Origin: Vairimorpha necatrix
Lineage: Eukaryota
Assembly (NCBI GenBank): GCA_036630325.1
Contig: CP142736.1
Coordinates: forward strand, 434,001 to 498,000
Length of the DNA: 64,000 nt
Direction: 5' to 3'
Position numbers and translations under genes: made by a program. The notes below the pieces were generated by a model, which had not been told where the DNA came from, did not search any database, and was given only the letters and a program-made list of their open reading frames with translations. Position 1 is the stretch's first letter. Every line of letters begins with the position of its first letter. Positions 1-11,726 of this stretch are shown in pieces.

Positions 1-93
1 ATAGCGTAAATTCTTCGCTATCGACCATACGGCTTTCATTATTCCGTTTTTCTTCATAAGCACTGGTCTCTCATTAACACTTAATGAGCTCTT

Positions 94-324
94 TGGGTTT
101 TATTACCAGGGAGGCGGCCTGTTTGTAAGTAACATTCTAAGATGCTCCTCCCTGCGATATATTTTTAATTATTATAATAAAAAGATTGTTTATTTTTACT
201 TTTTGACTTTAGAGACTTCATTTTCTCTCTTCTTAGTTTCATCTTTAGGTGGGGTAAAATAAAAAGAAAATATTTGGAGGGAAAATGAAGTAAAAATAAA
301 AATAATGTGGTTAAAAATACCACA
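94..324 (-). repeat. LTR of lineage A, probably the 5' LTR of an element running off the left edge
   Basis: The minus strand starts TGTGGTATTTTTAACCACA and is homologous to the TSD-flanked solo LTRs at 37571 and 38048. It encodes RSILECYLQTGRLPG. No TSD is seen, and ORF-like sequence continues leftwards. Confidence 0.55.
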
Positions 325-465
325 TTTGTATTTAGATACAAAAAATAATTTTTATTAATTCTAATGATTATAGTTATTGTCACAGTTCGGAGCGAACGCC
401 AAGGGTAAAAAATTAAAAAAAATCTTTCAGTGAGGGGCGAACCAGAAAATAAGAACAAAAAAATG

Positions 466-1813
466 GGTTAAGTTGCGATGTTGCCTCCCTCCACCCCCCA
501 AAAAAATAAAAAAAGGGGAAAAAATAAAAAAAGACAAAACCAAATCTTATTCAATTAATTCTAAATCAAATTCAGGGATTGTATCGTAATTTAAAAACCA
601 TATATTTTGAACTTCAAAAAAGCATAACATTCTTTCAAGTAGTGATTCTCTAATAATTAACTTAAAACGAGCTATATAAAGTTTTCGAATTAGGTTTTTT
701 AAAGAACCATGGCTTGTTCCTTCTTTGCGCAATTCCCTTTTAATTACAGACAACATTCCAACAATTGTTTGGGTGTGGGCGCCTGTTGTTGGATTTACAA
801 AATTTTGGTTATAATTTACAGTAAAATGTAAATAGTTATAATCCGGACATAGTTCCGAAAACCCTTCATAACCCCGCCAACAATCAGTAATAATTGTAGA
901 TCCGGGTTCGATTTTTCGTTTTATTAAATCGACAAGAGTAGTTCTTGATCGATTTTCAACAATTTCGAAAAAAAAGAATTGCTGTCTCCTCTTACAACTT
1001 CACCAACAGCCCAAACTTGGTATTAATGGATTCAACCGTTATGGTTTTTACTTTAACAAGCAATGTTTCGTCTATTTCAACTACGCAATTTAAACCTCCT
1101 ATGGTTTTGTTTTGAAGGTAGTTGAAATAGGATAAGAATACAGCGTTATTAAAACGCGTAAACCAGCGAGATACGGTACTACTATCTATATCCAATTCGA
1201 TAATGGCCGAAACATTCCTGACGTAGCCATGCTGGTAAAAATGTTCCAGCATGTTGTCGTGGTCGTTTATATTAAATTTTTTATTTACAATGTTTTGTTT
1301 CTCGTTCCTCTGTTTTCTCATATTCATCGTTAGTTCGTATTTTAGGTATGGGTAAGGGCAAAATTTATATTTATAGTTTTCTTTGTTTGTTTGTAAACAA
1401 TTCGTTGAGATCAAACAAACAAAGAAACAAAAAAAAATGAATTACTTGTGGGATACCACAATTGCTTACGCCTTTAACCCATTTACACAGCAAAATTAAA
1501 AGATCTTCGATATCTAATCTAGAACTTTTAAAGATGCTTTCTTTGTAAATGTTACCTTCGTTTGAGCATTTTCTTCCATTTTGTCGTAAGTAACAACGAT
1601 ATTTGTCCAAATTATTTCTAATTTTGGTCATGAGTGTCATGTGCTTATTGCACATTGGTACCTTTAATATATTTTTTTCAAGAAGAAATAAAAATAATTA
1701 CTCTTATTTATATATTAATTTTCTAAAATTCTTTATGTTCATTTTAAAGGTATAATTTTATTCCTTTTTTTTATTTTTTTAGGGGTGGGGGGGGGTAACA
1801 TCGCAATTTAACC
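466..1813 (-). mobile_element. Merlin (IS1595/ISXO2-like) transposon, decayed
   Basis: TIR GGTTAAGTTGCGATGTT / AACATCGCAATTTAACC. VEIDETL, TDCW and HTQTI motifs in broken frames. Close relative at 56502-57605. TSD degenerate. Confidence 0.85.
1219..1460 (-). repeat. Solo LTR (lineage A-like) inserted in Merlin
   Basis: TG...CA ends and TSD ATTCC/ATTGC. Absent from the sister Merlin at 56502. Homologous to 57606-57803. Confidence 0.75.
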
Positions 1814-1821
1814 AAGAAAAG

Positions 1822-2205
1822 TTTATTTTGGAAACATTTGATGCTGAATCGGCGTGCGCCTTGCTCGTTTCTGTAACTAGTAGAAATACTGCTTTTCCTT
1901 GAGGGGTTACAAGAAAATATATAACCTGTTTCTGTTATGATCTCTAATCAATGGGTAGCATATGATGCCATATTAGCTAAGCAAAGGGACGGAGCACAGT
2001 ACTATAATCACTACATAAATACTGTAACCTCTAGCTATTCTACGTCAGAATACCATATAATTTAGTTGGTTTGGCTCATTTCTATAAGAGATATTTGATC
2101 TAGATATAAACAAAGAAGAACACTATGAGTACCTTTTACAGTTCCAAAGGGTTTTCCAAATTCCCAAAAATCACCAGATAAATTGTCTTCTGTCATTTTT
2201 TAAAA
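1822..2205 (+). pseudogene. Very degenerate Merlin transposase C-terminal remnant
   Basis: Hand translation gives SVMISNQWVAY...EHST/NHYIN...LVW, resembling the Merlin GS.IISD.W.AY...H.TVNHS...IE..W pattern. Confidence 0.3.
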
Positions 2206-2552
2206 TAAATCGTTAAGTCCCCTTTTTTATAATTTTTTTATTTTTCCCTTTTTTTAAATTTTTTTAAAGCGAAGTATTTATCCAAAGCGGGTTCGAAACG
2301 GTCATGTACCTAAATTTCATTAAAAAAATGTTTGTGTTATTAAGAGCATATAGTTGCTGTATTTCTAAATTAGTATCGCGATCTAGAACATCTGTTAAAC
2401 TTCTTCAGCGCGTTCTTCGTTCTCACATTCTTGTTAGTGATTTTCGCTGTTAATCGATTCTAAAAAACCCGTGATTATAGACTCGTCCATTATGTCTGTA
2501 ATGGGTCTACCAAACATCAGAGATAATGGTGTTTTTCTCGTAGTAGAGTGTC

Positions 2553-3398
2553 TTAGATTATTATAAGACCAGGTAACTTCTTCTCATACTTTGGTCCATG
2601 AACCAACGTATTTTTTGTTCTGAGAGTAGATGCAATCATCCACTTTATTGTTTGATTGCATCGTTCTATCTGTCCTTGTATCCATGGACATCTAGCTCTC
2701 CCCCTTACATGTCTTATTTCATATTTCTGACATAAATCGACGAGTGTTTGATTTACAAATTCTCTGATGTTATCAGTATGAAATATAAAACAAGAATTAC
2801 TTGTTCTAAACAATGTTTTAAAGGCATTCGCTACACTAAAACTTGTATTGTCAAGCAGTGGTACCATCCAACAAAATTTGGTAAAAGAATCTAGAAGATT
2901 CAATAACCATTTATAGCCTTCATAAAGTTCGTGATATAGCCGGAGATCAATCAAGTCTGCAACATATATTTCCCTTGATACTTTGCTTTATTTGGTTTAA
3001 TAACTGGTCTAGTTACTAGATTTCTCTTTGATCAACATATATCACAGCTTTTCAAGACTCCTAGATATCTTTTTGTGTTGCGTCGTAGCTTTTTGTTGCA
3101 ATAATGGAAACTCTGTCCCGTCCCCCATGCCCATTTAAGACGTGGATCAATTTTATATAATCAGTTTTGAATCGTTGCTAGTTGGTGGTAAAGAATCTAA
3201 ATGTGTTATATAGACCTACTTTAAATCTCATCGTGAGATCTGTAATACCGTCAATTACATTCTCAAAAAAAAATAAAATTGTGTGCTTTTTCCTGAAAGC
3301 ATCTCTATCTTGTTTTTTTACCACCTTGTTGGAACAGTACCAGTCTGTAAAAAAACAAAACTATTTTGTCTTTCATTGTTATTCAATTTTATTTTCAT
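2553..3398 (-). pseudogene. rve-type DDE integrase/transposase, frameshifted
   Basis: DL..D.FTKF, FHTDNIREF and QGQIERCNQT core motifs. Upstream HHCC remnant (IHVLNGHGGRD..SCDIC). ATG at 3398 follows GGG. Confidence 0.75.
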
Positions 3399-3715
3399 GC
3401 CCTTGAAATTAAAGAAATTTTAAATGCAAATTACAAATAACATCAATTTTTTTTAATTTTTTACCCTTTTCAATTAAGCATTTTCCCCGGCGTCCGCTCC
3501 GAACGGCGACAGTTATTATGAATTTTTTTACCTTTACGATTATTTTAATTTTTTTAATTGATAATTTATGTATTTATTTATCATAATTGGGGATCAAAAA
3601 TATAAGAATATATAACATCCCCCCTCCAAGACGGTTAGTCACCTACATCACCATTAACCCCAAGCAGATTTTTCAAGTCATAATGTCAATATTTAACATA
3701 TCGCCCATTAGATAG

Positions 3716-6700
3716 TGTGATGTTATGCCTAACATCCCAATTAAGTTTTATTTGTTTATTTGTCAAATGATTCAGGATGACCAACCATGAGGTCATACAA
3801 ACAAACAAAACGAAATCATATATTTCGTGGTACAATTATTAATACTCATATGTTTGTTGTAATATTGGAAAGGACGAATACGTCATCATAAAATATAAAA
3901 GGAAACTTCACAAAGAAGGGTACAGAATGTTCAGAGAGAAAAACACTAACAAGAAGGGTGAGTCTAGAAATGGGAAGACCCCATACGCCCAAAATAAATA
4001 TAATAATATAAACAACAATAAAAGTATTTTAAACAATTATTTTAAATTCATGAAACTTCCTGTGATACAGGACAGAATTGATATCAATTTACATAGGGTA
4101 TCGCAAGAGCAAGAGTGTTCAACCAAAGAGGGGTTGACATTTAAATATACAATCGAAGAAATCGATTTAGTGGTAGAAAAAAGAATCAGTCTGATAAGAG
4201 ACATTAAAGACTTTACAGAAGTCGAGTTAGATAATGGTTTGAAGATTTTAATCAGATAAGTAAACACAAAAAGTGGGACTTTACAAAGGAAAAAATGGCC
4301 TTGGAACAATTAATAAGAGATCCAAGTTTACAATCGATTTTTTCACTCGCTGATCTGGAAAAGATTTACAGATATGTGGAAAAAAGTTTACCACAAAAGC
4401 TAAATCCAGAATTATTGGCAATCAAGTTGCAGAATTGCAAACAATCAAAATTTAAATTCATTAAAGAATATTTAAGCCACCTAAAGGCTCTAATTGACCA
4501 ATATACTAGAATAGAAGGTCTAAATAAAAGAGAATACGAAAGAGAACTAAGAAAGAGTTTCTTCGCAGGTTTATCATTCGAGACAAGAATGAAAGTGCTC
4601 GATTCAGGTAAGAATACTATTGAAGAGATAATAACGCATCTAGAAACAGTTGAAGAAAATTTAATTTCAGAAGGCAGAAAAAAGGGTATCATGTCAAAGA
4701 CATACGACATAAGAACAGATAAGTTTGGGGATAAAAGGGACAGATACACTAGCAAGAAATGGTGTAGTCTCCATAAAAACAACACTCACAACTCAAAGGA
4801 GTGTTTAGTCTTAAATAATACTACAAGAGAGAAGCCAAGAGAAGGGAATTATAAGGATTCAAGAAGTAAGACTGAAAGAACTTACATAATGAGAGAAGCT
4901 GGACCAACTATTTTAGACTTAGAATTAAAAGGAGATATAAATGAGAAAGAAGTAAACATAGTTTTGGACACTGGTGCCTGTCACAACTTTATAGACAGGA
5001 AACTAGTAGAGGAGAATAATCTAATAGTAATAGTCAGGGAAGATAAACCCTTAAAAATAGTAACTGTGACCAACGAGAATCTTAAAATAAACTCAGTGGT
5101 AGATACAGTAGTAAGATTGAAAGGTCTAAAAAAGGAATTCAATGTGGTTTTATATGTGTTAGAGAAATCGGTAGTAGATGTGATTTTGGGAAATGAATTT
5201 ATCTTTTCAAATGAGATAGTTCTAAATTTTAAAAAGAATACAATCAGAATCGGGAGTGAAACAATTAATATATTAGGAGAAAACGAAAAAGTTAAAAAAG
5301 ATAATGAATTAGATGGGCTTTTCTATGAAAAATTAGGGTAAGTCAAAGAAAAGGAAGGTACAAATGAGGAATTAAATGATTTAATATATGTGTATAAAGA
5401 AGTTAACGAAAATTTTAATGTTTTTAAAATTAAGCCTGTAAAAATAAAACCCATGCACAACTCAAGCGTAAATCTGAAACGCTTGTCGTACAGCGTGCCT
5501 CACAAATATGTAGACGCGGGAAAAAGAGAAATTCAAAGACTTTTAAAAGTAGAGATTATAGTAGAGGTAGATGCAGAAGTGCATAGCCCCGCATTTTTTA
5601 TCGAGAAGAAAAACAAAGATTTGCGGCTAGTAATAGATTACAGAAAGGTGAACGAAATCATTAACGACGAACAATTTGATATACCAAAAATATTTGAGAA
5701 CCTACAATTAATTTGGAATATGGCATATTACACTAAGATAGATCTAAAAAATGGATTTAATAAAATTCCCATAGAACAAAAAATTCAGGGGATAACCGCC
5801 TTCAAAATCATAAACAAAACATATATGTATAAAAGAATACCGTTTGGTATAAGATCAGGTCCTAAAATATTTCAAAAGACCATTACTAGAATGCTGGAGG
5901 AACTTGGAAATTGCTTCGTGTATATAGACGACATCATAGTTTACGGAAAAGATAAAGCAGAACATGACGAGATAGTCATAAAGGTTTTAGAGAGACTAAT
6001 GAAATTCGAAGTAAAAATAAATTTCGAAAAGACAAGCTTTTATAATGAAGAGATTAAAATATTAGGCTTCTTCATAAACAAGAAAGGTATATTCGCAGAC
6101 ACTAAATACTTAGAAAACAAGGCTATGCAAATAATACCAAAGAACAAAAGACAGCTCCAGAAAATAATAGGAGTATTTAATTGGTATAGAAGATTTATAA
6201 AAAACATGAGCACTAAGTTACATAGTGTTACAAATTTATTAAATGAAGAAAAATATGTGTGGACAGAGGAACACATGAAGATAGTTGAAAACATTAAACA
6301 GGAGATTACCAATAACACTAATTAGCGTATCCTAATTTTAATGAAAAATTCATCTTAGAATGCGATCCATCCAACGTGGGAATCGGTGCGGTATTATATC
6401 AAGAAGGTGGTATAATTGGTTATTTCAGTAAAAAATTGAATAGTACCGAACAGAACTATTCTATAGTAGAAAAGGAGCTTTATGAGATAGTGAAAACATT
6501 GACATTTTTTAGAGAAATTACACAGGGTTATTATGTAGAAATTTATACAGACAATGAGAATTGTGTGTACGAAAACAAATGTTTCATAACAAGAATGGAA
6601 AGATGGAAAGTATTACTAAACGATTATAATTTTACATTAAAGAAAATAAAAGGGACTGGAAATCACATAGCCGATAATTTGTCAAGATACGGATTAGTTA

Positions 6701-8079
6701 AAACTAAGGAATCGAGAAGAATTTTATACAAGAAAAAAGCGAAAAGTTACTTAGACGATAACCTAGATGAACTAGGTAGAAAGAAAATAGTTGAAGGGAA
6801 GGATGAAGAATTTCTAAGGTTCATACACGAAGAAAGCGAGCATGCTGGGATAATTATATGCTACTATAACATAAAAAATTATGTGAAAATAAAGAATTTA
6901 GGGAAAAAATTAAAGAAAATCAAAGGTAATTGTATTAAATGCAAAGAAAATAAAAACAATAATAAATTTGGAAAAGAAATAATTTCAATAGCGGCCAAGG
7001 AGCCATTTGAAAGAGTTAGTTCGGATATCTACGGACCATTTGAGTTAGAAGATTATAAATGCAATACTCTCAAAGAAAAGGGTTATTTCATAACAATTAC
7101 AGACATAAAGTCAAGAATTACACATATCAGGCTTTCAACGAGTATTACAATAGGAAACATAATTAAAACGTTTAAAAAATGGATAGAAAAATACAAGCTT
7201 CCGAAGATAATCATATCAGACAATGGAAAGCAATATAGGAAGAACAAGGTAAAGGAATTTTTAGAAAGCCAAGAAATAGAGGCTAGATATATTCCGGCAT
7301 ACACACCAAGCTCTAATGGAATATCTGAGAGAATAAATCAAGTAATCTCGGAAATGTTAAGAATGAATAAATGTTTATCTATCGAAACCATCAAGAGAAA
7401 AATTTTACATAGGTTAAATGAAAATTACAATCTTAGTATAGGCTGCTCGCCGATGGCAGCTATTACTAAAAAGAATTATTTTTGCTTTGAAGAAAAGGTT
7501 GAAGAATTCAAAATTAAAGAACGAAAATTAGAAGATACTAGTACAAAAAGCATGTTAAAAACAGGAATTGAGGTGTACAAAAGGAATTTTTCTAGCGACA
7601 AATTAGACAAAAGGTTTATTGGACCCTAACAAATAGTACAGATAGGTAATAAAAATAGATGGGTAAAGCTAGACAATAACGAATGGATACATGTAAAAAA
7701 CTTAAAACTTTAGGGGAGGGCAGAATGTGATGTTATGCCTAACATCCCAATTAAGTTTTATTTGTCAAATGATTCGGGATGACCAACCATGAGGTCATAC
7801 AAACAAACAAACAAAACGAAATCATATTTTCGTGGTACAATTATTAATACTCATATGTTTGTTGTAATATTGGGAAGGACGAATACGTCATCATAAAAAA
7901 TAAAAGGAAACTTCAAAAAGAAGGGTACAGAATTTTCAGAGAGGAAAACACTAACAAGAAGGGTGAGTCTAGAAATGGGAAGACCCCATACGCCCAAAAT
8001 AAATATAATAATATAAACAACAATAAAAGTATTTTAAACAATTATTATAAATTCATAAAACTTCCTGTGATACAGGACA
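3716..8079 (+). mobile_element. Full-length Ty3/Gypsy LTR retrotransposon, lineage A (4.36 kb)
   Basis: LTRs at 3716-4074 and 7726-8079 (TGTGA...GGACA). TSD GATAG, PPT AGGGGAGGGCAGAA. Confidence 0.95.
3927..7713 (+). pseudogene. Gag-PR-RT-RNaseH-IN polyprotein with a few stops and frameshifts
   Basis: Knuckle CSLHKNNTHNSKEC, protease VLDTGA, RT YIDD, RNase H EKEL, integrase SDNG and SNGISER. Confidence 0.9.
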
Positions 8080-8084
8080 GATAG

Positions 8085-10888
8085 CTTCACAACATACGAG
8101 TCCCCAGGGCATATCACCATTATAATACCTTCGTCTAAAAACCTTCCCTTCTCATATTTATTACATCCTTTGATGTTTTCTTTCTTAGCTATCCTTACTC
8201 GTTGTCCTTCAATAAACCACTCTCTATATCTTCTAACAAATCTTTTACTGTAGTCTCCTTCTGGTCCATTTAATATCATCACTTTTCCCGTATTGTCTTT
8301 TACCGCTTCATTGGGAGTACTTCTTATACCTTCATGGTAACTATTATTATAAATTTTAAAGCTTTCCATCACTATGTCTTCAAAACTCGCCGTCTCTTTA
8401 CTCATTTTCAATATTAGCTCTCTAAGCGTTCCTATAACCCTTTCAACTCTACCATTGCTTCTATGAGACTCGACACTCACCTTATTATGGGTAATATCCA
8501 ATTTTCTACACAAATCCTTAAAGTCAACATTATCAAATTCTTTCCCATTATCCTTATTATTTCCTTCGGCCTCCTGCCATTTCTACATAATTCTCAATAA
8601 ACTGGGCCACAGAGGATCTCTTCTATCGTATAATACACATCCTCACGCTATCCTCGTGGTAATCTATCGCAACTAATACATTTTGCCCTTATCTGAAAAT
8701 CAATCAAATCTAACGCTACTTTTTCTAAATACCTGCTTGTAGCAACAAAATCACATCCTCCAGACTTTTTCGTATTGTAAATTTGACACTCTCGCATTTT
8801 TTTATCATTTTCACTATATCTTCTTTTATTCCTGGCCAATAATGATCAAACTTCACGGCATAATACATGCTTCCTAGTCCTCTGTGTCCATGCTTTTTAT
8901 GATAACGTCTCATAAGCTCATCTCTTTCTTCTATTTTAGGAATCAATGCTTTCCTTCCCAAATCAAAATTCCAGTATTCTTTACCGTCTATTGTCTCGAC
9001 GTGCTTCAACCATTTACCTTCAATTTGACGCTCACTTCTTTTTTTATATTTCTTTTCCTGGATCAACCTCCTCGTGTATCCTACTCAAATCATCCGCCAC
9101 GACCATATGTTCTGGTTTCCTGTAATCTATTTCAAAGTCAAATTCTTGGATCTTTTCAATCCATCGATTAATTCTATTATTATTAAAACACGGCTTTCTT
9201 CTTATTTCCGCCAATGCTTTGTGATCCGTTTTTACTTTAAATTTTCGTCCTCTAAACTCATACTCAAATTTCTTTATTCCCCAATACATGGCATACATTT
9301 CCTTTTCACTTATACCATATCTAGTTTCCATCGGGGTGAATTTCTTCGATGCCCATTGTACTAGCACCCACTCTTCTTTATCATTCTTCTGCATGAGTAC
9401 TGCGCCCATTCCTATATTACTCGCGTCAGTTCTTAATAAAAATTCCTTGTCATAGTTTACAATTTTCAACTTACTCATACTTCTTAACGTTTCCTTCATA
9501 TTTTCGAACTCTTTATTCAAGTCATCAGTCCAATTCAATACTTTACTTTTACCTTTCAAACTTTCAGTCATATATAATGTCTTCTCCGCATAATTCTTAA
9601 TAAATCCTCTAAACCATCCACTCAGTCCTAAAAATCTTCTTATGTCAGACACATTCGCGGCGTTGGAAACTCTAGTGCTTCGTTTTTCTTGATTTCAGAC
9701 GGCATCATATCATCTCCGTTTAGTGTAACTATTAATAACTTTACTTCCTTTCGGCAATACTGAATTTTCTTTGAATTTATCCGCATATTATTCCGTTCTA
9801 ACAATTCCATCGCTTCTACAAATAGTTTATCATGTTCTTTTCTAGTCTTAGCATGAATCACTATATCATCCATGTATACTTCTATTTTACCACCCAAATG
9901 TTTTTCAAAAATTTTATTCATAATTCTCTGCATGATCTGAGGCGAGTTTTTAAACCCCATGACCATACTATTCCATTCATATACTATCTTATCATACTCA
10001 AATGCAGTCTTATGCTTGTCTTGCTCTTCTATTTCGATTCCATAAAAAGCCTCCATAAGGTCTATAACACTGAAAAACTTCGATCCTTGCGTGTTCCTTA
10101 TGATATCCCTAATGTTCACTAATTTATAAGGGTCTTTCTCCACTAAATCATTTAATGCCATGAGATTGCTAACCAGTCTTATACTTCCATCTGGCTTAAT
10201 TAAAGCTTTAATCGGATTTCTCCATTCCGACGTCGATATTCTTATGACATTCCTTGTCTCTAACTTCTAAATATATTTTCTTAGCTCTTCTTTATGCGCT
10301 TGTGGCACCTGCTGACCTTTTCTTACAACTTTCTTACATTCTTCAGTTCTGATTCTGCATTTTTCGATTTTACAATATCTTATTTTCTCTTCTTCGTAGT
10401 CTATAACGTTCCTAAACCTCTTTCTCATGTCTTCTAATGTTAGACCGTTCTTTTCTAACTCATCATAACATCTTTTATTTCTTGTCTTCCATTCTTGAAC
10501 AATTATAACATCTCATTGTTCTTCTCTTCTCAAATATTCTTTCCTCTCTACTAATATTTCTAATCTCCTCTGCCACCACCTTTGAGACCTCCTCAATCAT
10601 CCGTAATCTCATATCCTTTTCCTCTTGTACTTTAACCAATTCCTCTAATTTGGTTTCCATAACTTTCCAATGATCTTCAATCTTAATATTCTTAACCATA
10701 AATTCTTTCAACTCATCAGTTCCAAGATCAAAAATCTCCTTCTTTACATTTTTCTCAAAAACATAATCAGACAATACTAATCCATAAACAATCCTCTTGA
10801 ACTCTTCTAATAACCTTCTGGCCTCTTGACCACAGCCAACACTTATTAACTCACGATTCGGTATCGCCCCCATGTATTTATTTATCAT
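8085..10888 (-). pseudogene. Family B mini-Gag-RT-RNaseH-IN polyprotein, fragmented, no protease
   Basis: ORFs 10475-10888, 9640-10161, 9044-9652, 8725-9066 and 8034-8513 are colinear with the ORFs at 46512-49336. Confidence 0.85.
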
Positions 10889-11726
10889 AATTGGGGATCA
10901 AAAATATAAGAATATATAACAATTTAATATAAAAAAAATTCTTTTAAAATCTTCCTTTATAATAAACTAACAATTAAAAAAAGAAATTATATTTATACAT
11001 AGAAAAATAAATAAACATTCTACAGCCGCAATAGCTTTTTTAATCAAAAAATTGCATATGAAAATATTGTTAATTAATCAGAAAAATATAGTTAAATGGA
11101 GACTTTCTTTTTATAAATGAAGTGGATTGAATATCCAAAGATATATTTTGTAAATAAATACCCCCTGACTTGGATATGTCTAACATGGTGGAGAATAAAA
11201 AAAACGAAGACATCATAAAGTTGTTAGCTAAGCTCACCCTACACATCTCGCGTAAAGATATTAAAGCTAAAATTGAACGTTTAGAAAGGAAAAGGGATTT
11301 CAAGTCCTTGTCCGATGAAGACAAAATCGAGAAAATTCTTGACAGAGCAGATGATGGATTTTTTGAGGCCCATCTACAATACGAAAAACAAAAAAAAATC
11401 TAGAAGAATGGTATATGTTGACTGGAAAGATTATATGTTGGCAAAATTTGAAAACAAAATATCAAAAAGAGATTTTTTAAAAAAGCATCAAAAGAAGGAT
11501 GAAAAATGTTTTGAATTTTTCAGAAGAATGAAAAAATTAGGCGATACTATAATTGAGGATCAAGAATTGATCTTTTTGATCAGTTTCCTTGGCTTACGTA
11601 AGATGCGGGAAGAAATTGAGAAAGCAACCGTAAGCTTTTCGGTTATTAACGATGACTTTTTAGAAATAGTAAAGAGACTAGAAGAAAAAAACGCAGCCGT
11701 ATATAGCAAGAATTCAAAAAAATCTT

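Larger units (their letters stand above)
378..3511 (-). mobile_element. Ginger-like DNA transposon (retroviral-type integrase, TIRs)
   Basis: TIRs TGTCACAGTTCGGAGCGAACGCC (378) and GGCGTCCGCTCCGAACGGCGACA (ends 3511). 5-bp TSD GTTAT on both sides. Integrase present, no RT or LTR. Confidence 0.7.
3569..10921 (-). mobile_element. Mini Ty3/Gypsy LTR retrotransposon, family B copy 1 (~2.98 kb without its nested insert)
   Basis: Identical 49-bp LTRs at 3569-3617 and 10873-10921. TSD ATTTA, PPT GGAGGGGGGA, PBS-like TGGGGGCGATACC. RT YMDD, RNase H LLRTDAS, IN SNGRVER. Confidence 0.92.

Noticed and set aside
992-1414. Novel 140-aa protein
   Set aside because: Chance read-through from a solo LTR into a Merlin transposase fragment.
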